From NCBI GenBank assembly GCA_963823505.1, contig CAWGLY010000008.1, forward strand, positions 440,574 to 504,573: a stretch of DNA of 64,000 bases. The letters are read 5' to 3'. Shown one piece after another: positions 19,401-29,281 of this stretch (positions within the stretch are counted from its first letter, which is position 1; each line of letters starts with the position of its first letter). Below the pieces are notes generated by a model. The model had not been told where the DNA came from, made no database searches, and saw only the letters and a program-made list of their open reading frames with translations. Origin of the DNA: an uncultured Acidimicrobiia bacterium. GTDB lineage: Bacteria; Actinomycetota; Acidimicrobiia; Spongiisociales; UBA5794. A program made the position numbers and the translations under genes.

Positions 19401-22400
19401 CGGTGGTGAGATCCGTTCGCACATCTGGGACGCGGACAACGACCAGGTCCAGGCGGTCTGGCACGCCACCAACCCGCGCATCATCATCGTTCGGGGCAAC
19501 GACCGCATCGAAGCGATCGACTTCCCGAAGGATGAGCCGCTGACGATCGAGCTGGACGATCCTGCCTTTGAGGGGATCGAGTTCAGCGAGACCGGAATTC
19601 CAGCGGCCAATCCCGACAAGCCATGGGAGACCCTGCTCGTCTTCGAGTTGGGCGACTACACGGTGCCGGACGTGGCGACGGTGACGGCAAGCGACTCGAC
19701 CGGGACGCCGTTGGTCACCACCGAGGTGATCCCGTTCTCGATCGACTTCGTCGATCCCGACAACGACACGATCACCGGCACGGCGGCCGAGGGCTCCGAA
19801 GTCCTCGTGCAGGCCGACGGCAACTGGCGCTACCCGATCGCCGATGCGACGGACACGTGGGTCGCCGATTTCTCGCAGCCGGGCACCCAGCCCGGCGAGG
19901 AGAACCCGGTCGACATCGGACCCGGCAGCTCCGGCGGGGCGACGCTGATCGCCGAAGGCGGTAGCGCCACGACCGTGCTGTGGTCGCTCTCCAACGCCGC
20001 GTTCTCTGTCGATCCCGACGGAGAGCACGTCTGGGGTTGGGAGTTTGCGTCCGACGCATCCGTCACGATCACGATCGACGGCACCGGGCACGGGCCGTTC
20101 GGCACGGACGGGGGTGGCAGCTTCGACGTCTACTTCGATCCGGCAACGGTCGACGTCGCCGAAGGCACTGAGGTCGTCGTCTCGGATGGCGAGACCGACA
20201 AGCTTCATGTCGTGACAGCACTGGGCATCACCGGCGTCGACGAAGCGCTGGATCAGGTGTCCGGCACCGCCGAGGCGGGCACGGATGTGCACGTCTGGGT
20301 GAACGAGACCGGCGCGAATCTGGACGTCACGGCAACCGACGGCACTTGGCTCGCCGACTTCGGCGGCCAGGCGGATCTCGGCCCCGGAAGCAACGGCGGC
20401 GCCCAGCAGAGTGACGACGACGGCGACTCCACTCACCTCGGGTGGCTGATCTTCAACCCGACCGTGAACGTCGATCCGAGCGGTGACGGCGTGTGGGGCG
20501 AGCAGTGGCTGCCCAACGACGTCGTGACGATATTCGTCAACGACGGCGAGCACTCGACGCTTTCGACCGACGATGGCGGCAACTTCGGCGAAGGTTGGGA
20601 TCCGCAGGGTCTCGACATCGTCGCCGGTGACAAGGTCGAAGCCGTCCAAGGGGGCGTGACGAAGACCCACTTCGTCACCACCCTGGCGATCACCGGGATC
20701 GACATCGACACCGAGATCATGACCGGTACCGCCGCCGGTCCCTTCGACATTTGGGTGCATGACACCAAGCGATGGTGCAGTGACGATCTTCATCAACGAT
20801 GTGGAGCACTCGACGCTGTCCACCGACGAGTGGGGCAACTTCGGTGAGGGTTGGGACCCGCAGGGTCTCGACATCGTCGCTGGTGACAAGGTCGATGTCA
20901 CCCAAGGCGACGTCACCAAGACCCACTACGTCACCAGCCTGGCGATCACGGGGACCGACGTCGACACCGAGATCATGACCGGTACCGCCGACGGACCCTT
21001 CGACATCGACATCGACACCGAGATCATGACCGGTACCGCCGCCGGTCCCTTCGACATTTGGGTGCATGACACCGACGCGTGGCGCCACGTCGACCACGAT
21101 GGTGTGGGTGAGTGGTCGGTGAACTGGAGCATGCCGGGCCCAAACGAGGGCGAGGAAGGCACCGCCGACCTCGAACCCGGTGTCAACGGAAACTCCAACG
21201 AATGTGACCTCGACGGCGACTGCACCTGGGCAGACTGGAACGTCGCCAACCCGTCGTTCTCGGTAGAAGCGCCGCATCAGGTGTGGTCACATGGTGACGG
21301 TTGGGTCGAGGGTCGCACGGTGACCTTGGTCGTCGACGACGACGTAGACGATCTCAATGGCATCCTCTATACCGATACCGTGCTGGTCGAGCGGTGGGGG
21401 CCGGAGCCGTGGGAGGTCGGCTGGGGCTTCGACCTGTCCGATGTCTTCGAGATCGAACCCGCCCACTATGTGACAGTCGATGACGGTGTCGAGATCGAGA
21501 AGTCCCTCTCCGTCGAGGACGTGACAATCACGTCGATCGACGAGGACAACGACACGGTCACAGGCACGGCGCCGCCGCTGAGCCGGGTCGAGGTGAATGC
21601 CGAGACCGACGGCTACGGGGCGCAGCGTTCGGTGGAAGCGGACGTAGGTGGCGACTGGAGCGCAGACTTCAGCGTTGCCGGCGACGAGGGCCACGAGCAG
21701 GATCTCTTCGACATCGGCCTCGGTACGTGGGGTTCCGCGCAAGTGTTCGATGAGGACGGCGACTCCACGCACCGCGGGTGGAACATCGAAGAGCCGCCTG
21801 TTCCTGCGTTCTCAGTCGAGACACCGTGGTACGTCTGGTCCAATGGCGAGGGGTGGGTCGAGGGCCGCACCATCGCGCTGATGGTCGACGACAACGACGA
21901 TCCGACCGACGGGATTCTCTACAACGACTCGACGCTCGTGGAGCGGTGGGGTCCGGAGCCCTGGGAGGTTGGCTGGAGCTTCGCGCTCGAAGACGTCTTC
22001 GAGATCCTGCCTGGCCACTACGTGTCGGTCTACGACGGTGTCGAGGTCGACAAGACGCTGTTGGTCGAAGATTTGGAGATCACGGGCATCGATGAAGACG
22101 CCGACACGATCACGGGCATTGCTCCGGCGATGGCCCGGATCCTCCTGAACGCCGGCAACGACGAATACCAGGTCTACCGGACGGTCGAGGCCGACGAGAA
22201 CGGCGACTGGTTCGTCGACTTCAGCGTCCCCGGCGACGCTGAGGGCGAACAGGACGTCTTCGACATCACCGTCAACACCGGTGGGTCGGCTGAGGTCCCC
22301 GACGAAGACGGCGATTCGACCCATCGCGGCTGGTATGTCGAAGCGCCGCCGCAACCGAACTTCTTCGTGCGGCCGAACGGCGACGAGATCTGGGGCAGCG

Positions 22401-24192
22401 AGTGGTTTGGCGGTCCTGAGGTGACGGTCACCATCGACGATGATGACGACCCGGCCGAGGTGCTCTTCGAGGTCGTTCTCGAAACCGGAGACGGCGAGTT
22501 CTACGAGGGCATCGCATACGACATCGTGCCCGGCCACTACGTGGTCGTGACCGACGGCGTGTTCGCGAAATCGCACTGGGTGACCCCGCTCACCGTGACA
22601 GGCGTCGACGCCGACGCGGACATGGTGCACGGCACGACTGGGGCCGGAGCCGAGGTGTTCGTTGGTTCGGACAACGGCTCGTATCGGGTCGTCACCGCCG
22701 ACGAGAACGGCAACTGGACGGCTGACTTCTCCGTGCCGTGGGAGGACCAGGGCGTCCTCGATATCGTCTACGGCACCGGCGGATACGCCGAAGAGAGCGA
22801 CGACGACGGCGACGCCACGCATGCCGGATGGCAGGCGACAGCAAGCTCGGCAACCGTCGAGGGTCACGTCTATCTGGACGGGGCTCCGCTGCCCGACGTC
22901 GAGGTGTGGAGCTCATCCGACGAGGTCTTCACCTGCACCGACGCCGAGGGCTACTTCGTGTTCGAAGATCTCTCACCGGTCGGCGACGTGCTCGTCGCCA
23001 CCGGACCGTCCTACAGCGACGCCGGCTGCGCCAACACGGCGTTCGTCGATCCCGACGGCATGCCGTTGTTGGTCGCCGGAGAAGGTGGACTCGACCTCAC
23101 GGACGGCTACGAGTACCTCGAATTCAACGTCGAGTACGCCGCAGCCATCCAGTACGTGAGGGTCGAGGACATCACCGGCGGCAGCGCCACACCGGTCAAC
23201 GACGTCGTGATCCATGCGTTCGACCGCAACGACGAGGAGTTCATCGCCGTGTTCGGACACGATCCCGACCCGGCCGACTACCAGGCGATTCTCGACACCG
23301 GCATCGGTGAGATCCCGTGGATCGACTGGACGGGAGCGGCCCTCGACCACGAGGACGGCCTTGCCGAGGTGAGGTATCGGTACATCACCGACGTGCTCAT
23401 CTTGGCGGAGCTGGATCCGATCCAGGGCGCCACAGAGCAATGCCGACGAGTTCGTCGAGAACAACGACGGCATCGTGGAGGGACCCGAGGTGGTCTTCCA
23501 GATCGGCGAAGCCGGACCCGTCGTCACAGTCGACAGCCTCGTGCTGAACGAGGGCGATGGGGCAAGCCGTGTGCTGATCACGTTCCGGCTGAGCGAGCCG
23601 GTCTCTGAGCGGGTCACGGTCGAGTGGACGACGGCAGACGGCAGCGCGCTTGCGGGCGAGGACTACCTCGCCGCATCCGGCGTCGTCACGTTCCGGCCGG
23701 GCAGAACGGAGGTGTGGCGGAGGATTCAAGTACTCGGTGATACGGATCTCGAAGACGACGAGTCGTTCCAGATCGTGCTGCTGAGTGCCGACGGCGCCGC
23801 AGCAGGCGATCCGGGGACGATCACCCTCATCAACGACGACGAGCCGGCGCCGCCGGGGCCGGAGCTCTCGGTGGCCGACACCGAAGTCCTCGAAGGTGAT
23901 CGAGGGGCCACGCGAGTCGCCGTCACCTTCACGTTGACGGATCCGGCGCCGAGCCTCGTGTCGTTCACGGCAACGACGGTGGGCGACACGGCAATGGCCG
24001 GTGATCGACTACAGCGAGGTCGTGCGGACCGTGCGCATCAGGGCCGGGAACACCTCGGCGACGATGTACGTCAAGGTGATCGGCGACACGATTCCCGAAG
24101 CCGACGAGACCTTCACGGTGGAGATCTCGGACGTCACAGGAGCGGAAGTCGCCGACGCTTCCGGGACGGTGACGATCCTCAACGACGACTGA
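16471..24192 (+). pseudogene. Giant (~2,570 aa) secreted repeat protein with two C-terminal Calx-beta domains, broken by ~8-10 frameshifts and one in-frame TAG
   Basis: Signal peptide at 16471. Fragments continue through ORFs 16434, 17180, 17891, 17830, 20759, 23475 and 24001. An acidic module ('VTxLxITxVDxDxDTITGTA...GxWxADFS...DIxPG..G.A...DDDGDxT') recurs; Calx-beta 'EGD...TADGSALAGEDY...TF.PG...GDT..E.DE.F' at the C-terminus. The breaks may be sequencing errors. Confidence 0.75.
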
Positions 24193-24246
24193 ACACCCAG
24201 GGGGCGGGTCCCACCGATCCGCCCCCGCCGGCCGCTTCCCTCTAGC

Positions 24247-24302
24247 CCAAGTGCCGGGTACCAAGTACCAGGTACCAGGCACGAAGTACCAAGTACCAAG
24301 TA
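24247..24302. repeat. Heptamer tandem array, 8 x CCA(A/G)GTA
   Basis: ccaagtg ccgggta ccaagta ccaggta ccaggca cgaagta ccaagta ccaagta. Confidence 0.85.
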
Positions 24303-24310
24303 CGCGACGC

Positions 24311-25874
24311 TCAGCTGTCGTCGGTGGGCGGACGTTCGTCTGGGGGGATTCCGTCGTCCGGCGGTGCGAGGAGCAGCTCAACGACCGAATCTCTGAGGAC
24401 CTCCGTGCCGGCTGGCGGGCTTGTACGCGCGACGGCTCCGGCCGGCGTGTCGCCTGCCTCACCCCGTTCGAGGAATTCGCCACGGAACGCGAGCCCAGCA
24501 TCCTGAAGAACGGCGCCGGCGTCGTCTTCGGCAAGCCCCACGACGTTGGGGACGGTGACGGAGCCAGGCGGGGTGTCCCACAACCCTGCCGCGGCAAACG
24601 ATGCGACGACGACGGCGAGGGTGGCAATCGCCGCCCCGATGACGAGCGGCAGCCGGGACTTCAACGAAGGGGCAGGCGTGCGATGGGCCGCCCGTTGCGG
24701 TAGCGGAACGGGCTCCGCTGCCGCCGCCGGCCGCAGTTCGTGGGTGGGTTCGGCGGTCGGTGGTCGATCCTCGATGGCTACATCAAAAACTCGGCCATCG
24801 GCGGAACGGGAGTACAGGACAGGGATGCCCCACTCGATGTCGTTGTCGGCGCCGAAGATCACCTTGCGAGCCCGCGCCAGTGATTCGTCGACCGGCGTTC
24901 CCGCGGCGACCGCCGAGTAGAACGTGCTGGCAAATTGGATCGCAGCACGGTCCGTGATGACGAATTGCATCGCGACGACGGCAGGGATGCCCTGGCGCAC
25001 GAGAGATTGCGCTATGCCGGCGAACGGGTCCTCCGCAGAGGTGCGGGCCCCTTCGCACGCATTGATTGTCACCAGCCGCATTGTGTGGTGATCGTGGAGA
25101 AGTGTTCCCAGATACTCGCCGGACACTGGATGCGCAGAGCCGTCGGCTTTCTCGAAGAGCAGCCGCCCGTCGCGGGTCGCATCGTCGAAGGTCCCGTGCC
25201 CCAGGAAGTGGAGGACATTGAAGTCGGACTCCCACAGCGTCCGCTGCAAGGCCTGGATCGTCGGCTCATGGAGCAAGCGCAACTCGAGGAGCCCGGATCG
25301 TTCGACCCCACCCAACGCCGACTGCAAACGTGCCCATTCACCCTCGAGGTCGAGGGCCGGCAGCTCTCGCGGGCTCGCCACGACGACCAGAAGGCGCAGC
25401 GGAGGTGTCATCATCAGGGTCGCCGGCCGATGGGTCAGGTCGATGTACCGCACCACCGGCGTGTCCGTCGACAACACGAGGAATCGTCCAAGGCCGGCGC
25501 TGTAGAGGTACTCCCACGGCAGGTTGTCGAGTCGCCCGCCGTGGCCCAAGTGGACCCGAATCCTGAGACCGCTGTTTGGTCATTGCGGCGGCGTCGAGAC
25601 TGCGCCGGAAGCATGTCCGTACGTCGCCGGCGAACACCGCATCGTAGAGCCGCTGTCCATAGGCTTTGATGGCGTCGAGCTGCGGCGAGCTGCGACTCGG
25701 CCAGGCGGCGGAGGCCGCCCGGGCGCGCAAAACGACATTCTCGAATTCCAGGTGGGTGAAGGGCAGCTCGAACGTCGCGCTGGCCTCACCCGAGGGCGAG
25801 TTGGTGACCATCGCCCGATACTGTCCATCGGCTTCTTCGACACGAAGATCAAAATCGAGATACCCGGTCGGCAT
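24311..25874 (-). CDS. CHAT-domain (caspase-like) protease with TM helix and C-terminal PASTA domain (frameshift at ~25580)
   Basis: 'LDFDLRV', 'LPWEYLY', 'HFLGHG' (His), 'INACEG' (Cys), 'GIPAVVAMQF', 'WGIPVLY'; TM 'LPLVIGAAIATLAVVV'; PASTA 'VTVPNVVGLAEDDA...L..AGL...G.V..TSPPAG'. Confidence 0.85.
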
Positions 25875-25952
25875 CGCGCCTCCGCAGCGGCGTCACCTCA
25901 ATGATGCGACAACCCCGAGCCGGCAAGTAGAGCCGCTCGTCCCGCTCGATGG

Positions 25953-26792
25953 TCAGCCGTCGGTCGCTGGGCTTTCGGCGGGGGGCTTCACCGCAGCACG
26001 GATCCGCGCCACCAAGGCGTCGAGGCGGTCCATGTCCTGGGTCATCTCATCGACCGCACCCGCCGCAGGCTCCTGATCGACCCTGCGGCGGACTCTGTCG
26101 AACAGCCCGGAGGCTTCCCGATACGTCGCAGTCACATCCCGATCGCCCAACAAGTCGACGGGAGTCGACAGGTCGAGAATGGGATCGGCGAGCCCGTCGG
26201 CTCGGGTCTTGAGTGCCTCCCACTCGCGTGCCAGCGCCTTTTGTTTGCGTTCGCTCGACGAGCGACGCTCGACCATGCGGCCTACAACACCCACCACCAC
26301 GAGGATCAGCAGGCCGGCGCCGATCAGCAGGGGCCAGTTGGTCGACGATTCCTCGGCAGGCTCGACGGTGATGGCACCCACGAATGCCGCCACACCGGCC
26401 GTCACGTCGAGTCCCGACAAATCGTCGCTCGCAGCGTCGATGGCGTCGTCCAGCTGTCCTTGTGACAACTCGCTGCTCGATATGCCGTACTGGGCGGGCG
26501 TGAAGACCATCACGGTCCCGGTGCGGACGGCGCCGAGTTCGTTGGCAAAACCGACCGCATCCACTGTGTCGTCGCTGAGGACGACGACGCTCAGCTCCAC
26601 TCCATTGGTCCGTGCTTCAACGACCTGCTGGCGCAGCGCAATGGCGTCGGCGGTGGCCCCGGCTTCCACGTAGACCCCTTCTACAAGCGCATCTGCGGCC
26701 TCGTCGGGGGTCGCCGCATTGGCCGGAGACGCGATGAGCAGGACGACGAAAGCCGCCCCCAAGACGGGCAGCCAGCTTCGGGTGGTGCTCAT
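25953..26792 (-). CDS. Hypothetical membrane protein (signal peptide, small extracellular domain, TM, helical C-terminus)
   Basis: 'MSTTRSWLPVLGAAFVVLLIASPANA' signal; TM 'WPLLIGAGLLILVVVGVVG'. Confidence 0.7.
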   Translation of the reverse strand: MSTTRSWLPVLGAAFVVLLIASPANAATPDEAADALVEGVYVEAGATADAIALRQQVVEARTNGVELSVVVLSDDTVDAVGFANELGAVRTGTVMVFTPAQYGISSSELSQGQLDDAIDAASDDLSGLDVTAGVAAFVGAITVEPAEESSTNWPLLIGAGLLILVVVGVVGRMVERRSSSERKQKALAREWEALKTRADGLADPILDLSTPVDLLGDRDVTATYREASGLFDRVRRRVDQEPAAGAVDEMTQDMDRLDALVARIRAAVKPPAESPATDG

Positions 26793-26854
26793 GCCGACCT
26801 TTCTTCGCTCCGTCGGCGATGCTACAACGGTCACGACCCTGAGAGGGGAGACAG

Positions 26855-27634
26855 GTGCACAAGCGAAGGGTTGCGGCGCCCGATGGCGTGAAATGGATCG
26901 TGGGTAGACGGTGGCTGCTCGATCGGCCGCGCTATATCGGCTTCCGTTTCGGCCGGCCGAAGGAGGAACCGCCGTTCGAGGCGGCAGAAGCGGCTTCACC
27001 GGCGCCACGCCTCGTCGAGCGCAAACCGGCCCCTACCCAGCAGCCGACCCCGCCGCCGGTCCGCTACCGGAACAGGACCCCGTCTGGGGTCGGTTTCCCT
27101 CGCGTGGTCTACGGCGGGTCCGGCTCACGATCGCGCACCCGTGGATCCGGCGGTCTCGGCGGGCTCCTTCGATCGTCTGGTGGCGGGAGCCGGAGCCGAT
27201 CGTCTGGTGGCGGCGGCCGCAGCCGATCGTCGGGAGGTGGGCGGCGTGGCGGTGGCGGTGGCGCGGGTGCGGCCGGAGGCATCCTCGCCGCACTGGTGCA
27301 GTTCCTGAAGTACGTCCTGGTCGCGGCGGCCATCGTGGTGGCGGCACTCATCGTGGTGTTTGTGCTGCTGCCGAGCCTGCTCTTCCTCGCCCACTACGCC
27401 GCCTTCTGGCTCATCGTTGGTGGAACCATTGTGTATAGGGCCATGACGGGCCGCCCCTGGATCGTTGAGATGGAAGAAGCGGATGGATTCCGGGTGCGGG
27501 CGTGGCGGGTGGTCGGCTGGCGGCAGTCGAAGCGAGTCATCGATCAGGTGGCCGACGCGTTGTTGCGCGGGGTCGAGCCCGTGGCCGACGGAGCTGAGGA
27601 CGTTGAGATTGTCAACCTTGCCGAAGCGAGCTGA
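26855..27634 (+). CDS. Hypothetical membrane protein with G/S/R-rich linker
   Basis: 'APDGVKWIVGRRWL' N-terminus, two TM segments, 'RPWIVE...WRVVGWRQS'. Confidence 0.6.
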   Translation: MHKRRVAAPDGVKWIVGRRWLLDRPRYIGFRFGRPKEEPPFEAAEAASPAPRLVERKPAPTQQPTPPPVRYRNRTPSGVGFPRVVYGGSGSRSRTRGSGGLGGLLRSSGGGSRSRSSGGGGRSRSSGGGRRGGGGGAGAAGGILAALVQFLKYVLVAAAIVVAALIVVFVLLPSLLFLAHYAAFWLIVGGTIVYRAMTGRPWIVEMEEADGFRVRAWRVVGWRQSKRVIDQVADALLRGVEPVADGAEDVEIVNLAEAS

Positions 27635-27688
27635 TGGGCAAGGCGCGCGATGCTTCTAGATTCGGTGCCCCTGTGACGAGGAGTAGGC

Positions 27689-28519
27689 ATGGAACTCCAA
27701 ATTGACTCCACGGTTCAACTCAACGACGGTGTCGAGATACCGCGGCTCGGGCTCGGCGTGTTCAAGAGTGAACCCGGCCGGGAGACCGAGGATGCGGTGC
27801 GTTGGGCGATCCAGGCCGGCTACCGGCACATTGACACGGCTGCGCTGTACGCCAACGAGGCGAGCGTGGGGGCAGGGATGCGGTCCAGCGGTGTCGACCG
27901 CTCCGAAGTGTTTGTCACGACGAAGGTCTGGAACACAGATCACGGCTACGACAAGACCTTGCGTGCCTTCGACGCCAGCCTGAGTGAGCTCGGGTTCGAT
28001 TACGTCGACCTCTACTTGGTGCATTGGCCGGTGCCGGCCGGTGGCCTCGCCGCCGACACGTGGCGGGCCCTCGAGACCATGCGCGCCGAGGGGCGGAGCC
28101 GCTCCATCGGGGTCAGCAACTTCGAGCCGCACCATCTCGACCAGCTCGCCGAGACCTCCGATGTCGTGCCGTCCGTCAACCAGGTCGAGCTCCATCCCTA
28201 TCTCCAGCAGAAGGACCTCCAGGCCTACTGCCGGGATCACGGCATTCGCCTCGAGGCATGGAGCCCGCTGGCAAAAGGAGAGGTCGTCAAGGATCCGGTG
28301 CTGAGAGCCATCGGTGATCGTTACGGCAAAGATCCTGTGCAGGTGACGGTCCGCTGGATGTTGCAGAAGGGCATCGTCACCATCCCGAAGTCCGTACGGC
28401 AGCACCGGATCGTCTCCAATGCCGAGGTGTACGACTTCGCACTGGACGAGGCCGAGATGGCTCGCATAGAGACCCTCGACCGCAACCGCCGCACCGGACC
28501 GCACCCCGATCGGTTCTGA
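27689..28519 (+). CDS. Aldo/keto reductase (2,5-diketo-D-gluconate reductase-like)
   Basis: 'IPRLGLGVF', 'YRHIDTAALY', 'FVTTKVW', 'DLYLVHWP', 'IGVSNF', 'IPKS'. Confidence 0.95.
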   Translation: MELQIDSTVQLNDGVEIPRLGLGVFKSEPGRETEDAVRWAIQAGYRHIDTAALYANEASVGAGMRSSGVDRSEVFVTTKVWNTDHGYDKTLRAFDASLSELGFDYVDLYLVHWPVPAGGLAADTWRALETMRAEGRSRSIGVSNFEPHHLDQLAETSDVVPSVNQVELHPYLQQKDLQAYCRDHGIRLEAWSPLAKGEVVKDPVLRAIGDRYGKDPVQVTVRWMLQKGIVTIPKSVRQHRIVSNAEVYDFALDEAEMARIETLDRNRRTGPHPDRF

Positions 28520-28537
28520 GCGCCGGGTCAGGGTGTG

Positions 28538-28576
28538 TTTCATCCCTCTCTCAGTTGCCGTTCAGGTTGCCCTCAG
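28538..28576 (+). promoter_or_regulatory. 11-bp-phased TCTCAG-like boxes (putative MprA/OmpR-type site)
   Basis: tttcat 28538, tctcag 28549, gttcag 28560, cctcag 28571. Confidence 0.55.
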
Positions 28577-28639
28577 ACCGTGACGCAATGCTGTCTAGCG
28601 ACCGGCTCGAAATATCGTGTGTCCTCGGAGGTCCCCAGC

Positions 28640-29281
28640 ATGAACCGAACTGCCGCCCTGCTCGTCGCCCTGGCGCTCGTCTTCGCTGCCTGCGGCGGAT
28701 CGGATGAAGCGACGTCCGAGGTGGCAAGCCTGAGCGATGCGAGCACGACCGCCGCACCCGACAGCGCCGATGCGGGACCTGTCGATCAGGAGGCGGCCGC
28801 GATCGCGCTCACCGAGTGTCTGCGCGAGCAGGGGCTCGACATCGGCGACCCGACCGTCGACGCCGATGGGAACGTTCAGCTGGGCCGGCCGGACGACCTC
28901 GCCGAAGCTGAAGGGGTTCGCGGCCAGTTCCGCGCCGCGTTCGAGCAATGCCAGGACGCCCTGGGAGGGCTCACGTTGGGTTTCGGCCGCAGCGATCGGA
29001 CGGAAATCGAAGACACCCTGATCGAGTATGCCGCATGCATGCGGGAGAACGGGTACGACATGCCCGACCCGGACTTCTCGAACCTCGGTGCCGACGGCGA
29101 GGATGGCGAGGGCGACGGGGGCGGTCCCGGTGCGGGTGGTGGTCCTCTCGGCGCCATCGACCAGGATGACCCCGAGTTCGTTGCAGCGCAGGAGGTCTGT
29201 GGAGAGCTGCTCGCCGGATTCGGTCCCGGTCGTGGCCCCGGCTTGGGCGGCGGTCCCGGCGGCGGGGGCAACGATGGCTGA
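28640..29281 (+). CDS. Lipoprotein with two 'CxRxxG.D..DP' repeats
   Basis: Lipobox 'VFAAC' after 'MNRTAALLVALAL'; 'CLREQGLDIGDP' and 'CMRENGYDMPDP'. Confidence 0.8.
   Translation: MNRTAALLVALALVFAACGGSDEATSEVASLSDASTTAAPDSADAGPVDQEAAAIALTECLREQGLDIGDPTVDADGNVQLGRPDDLAEAEGVRGQFRAAFEQCQDALGGLTLGFGRSDRTEIEDTLIEYAACMRENGYDMPDPDFSNLGADGEDGEGDGGGPGAGGGPLGAIDQDDPEFVAAQEVCGELLAGFGPGRGPGLGGGPGGGGNDG

Noticed and set aside
18076-20919. 947-aa - strand ORF
   Set aside because: Antisense shadow of the first giant surface gene
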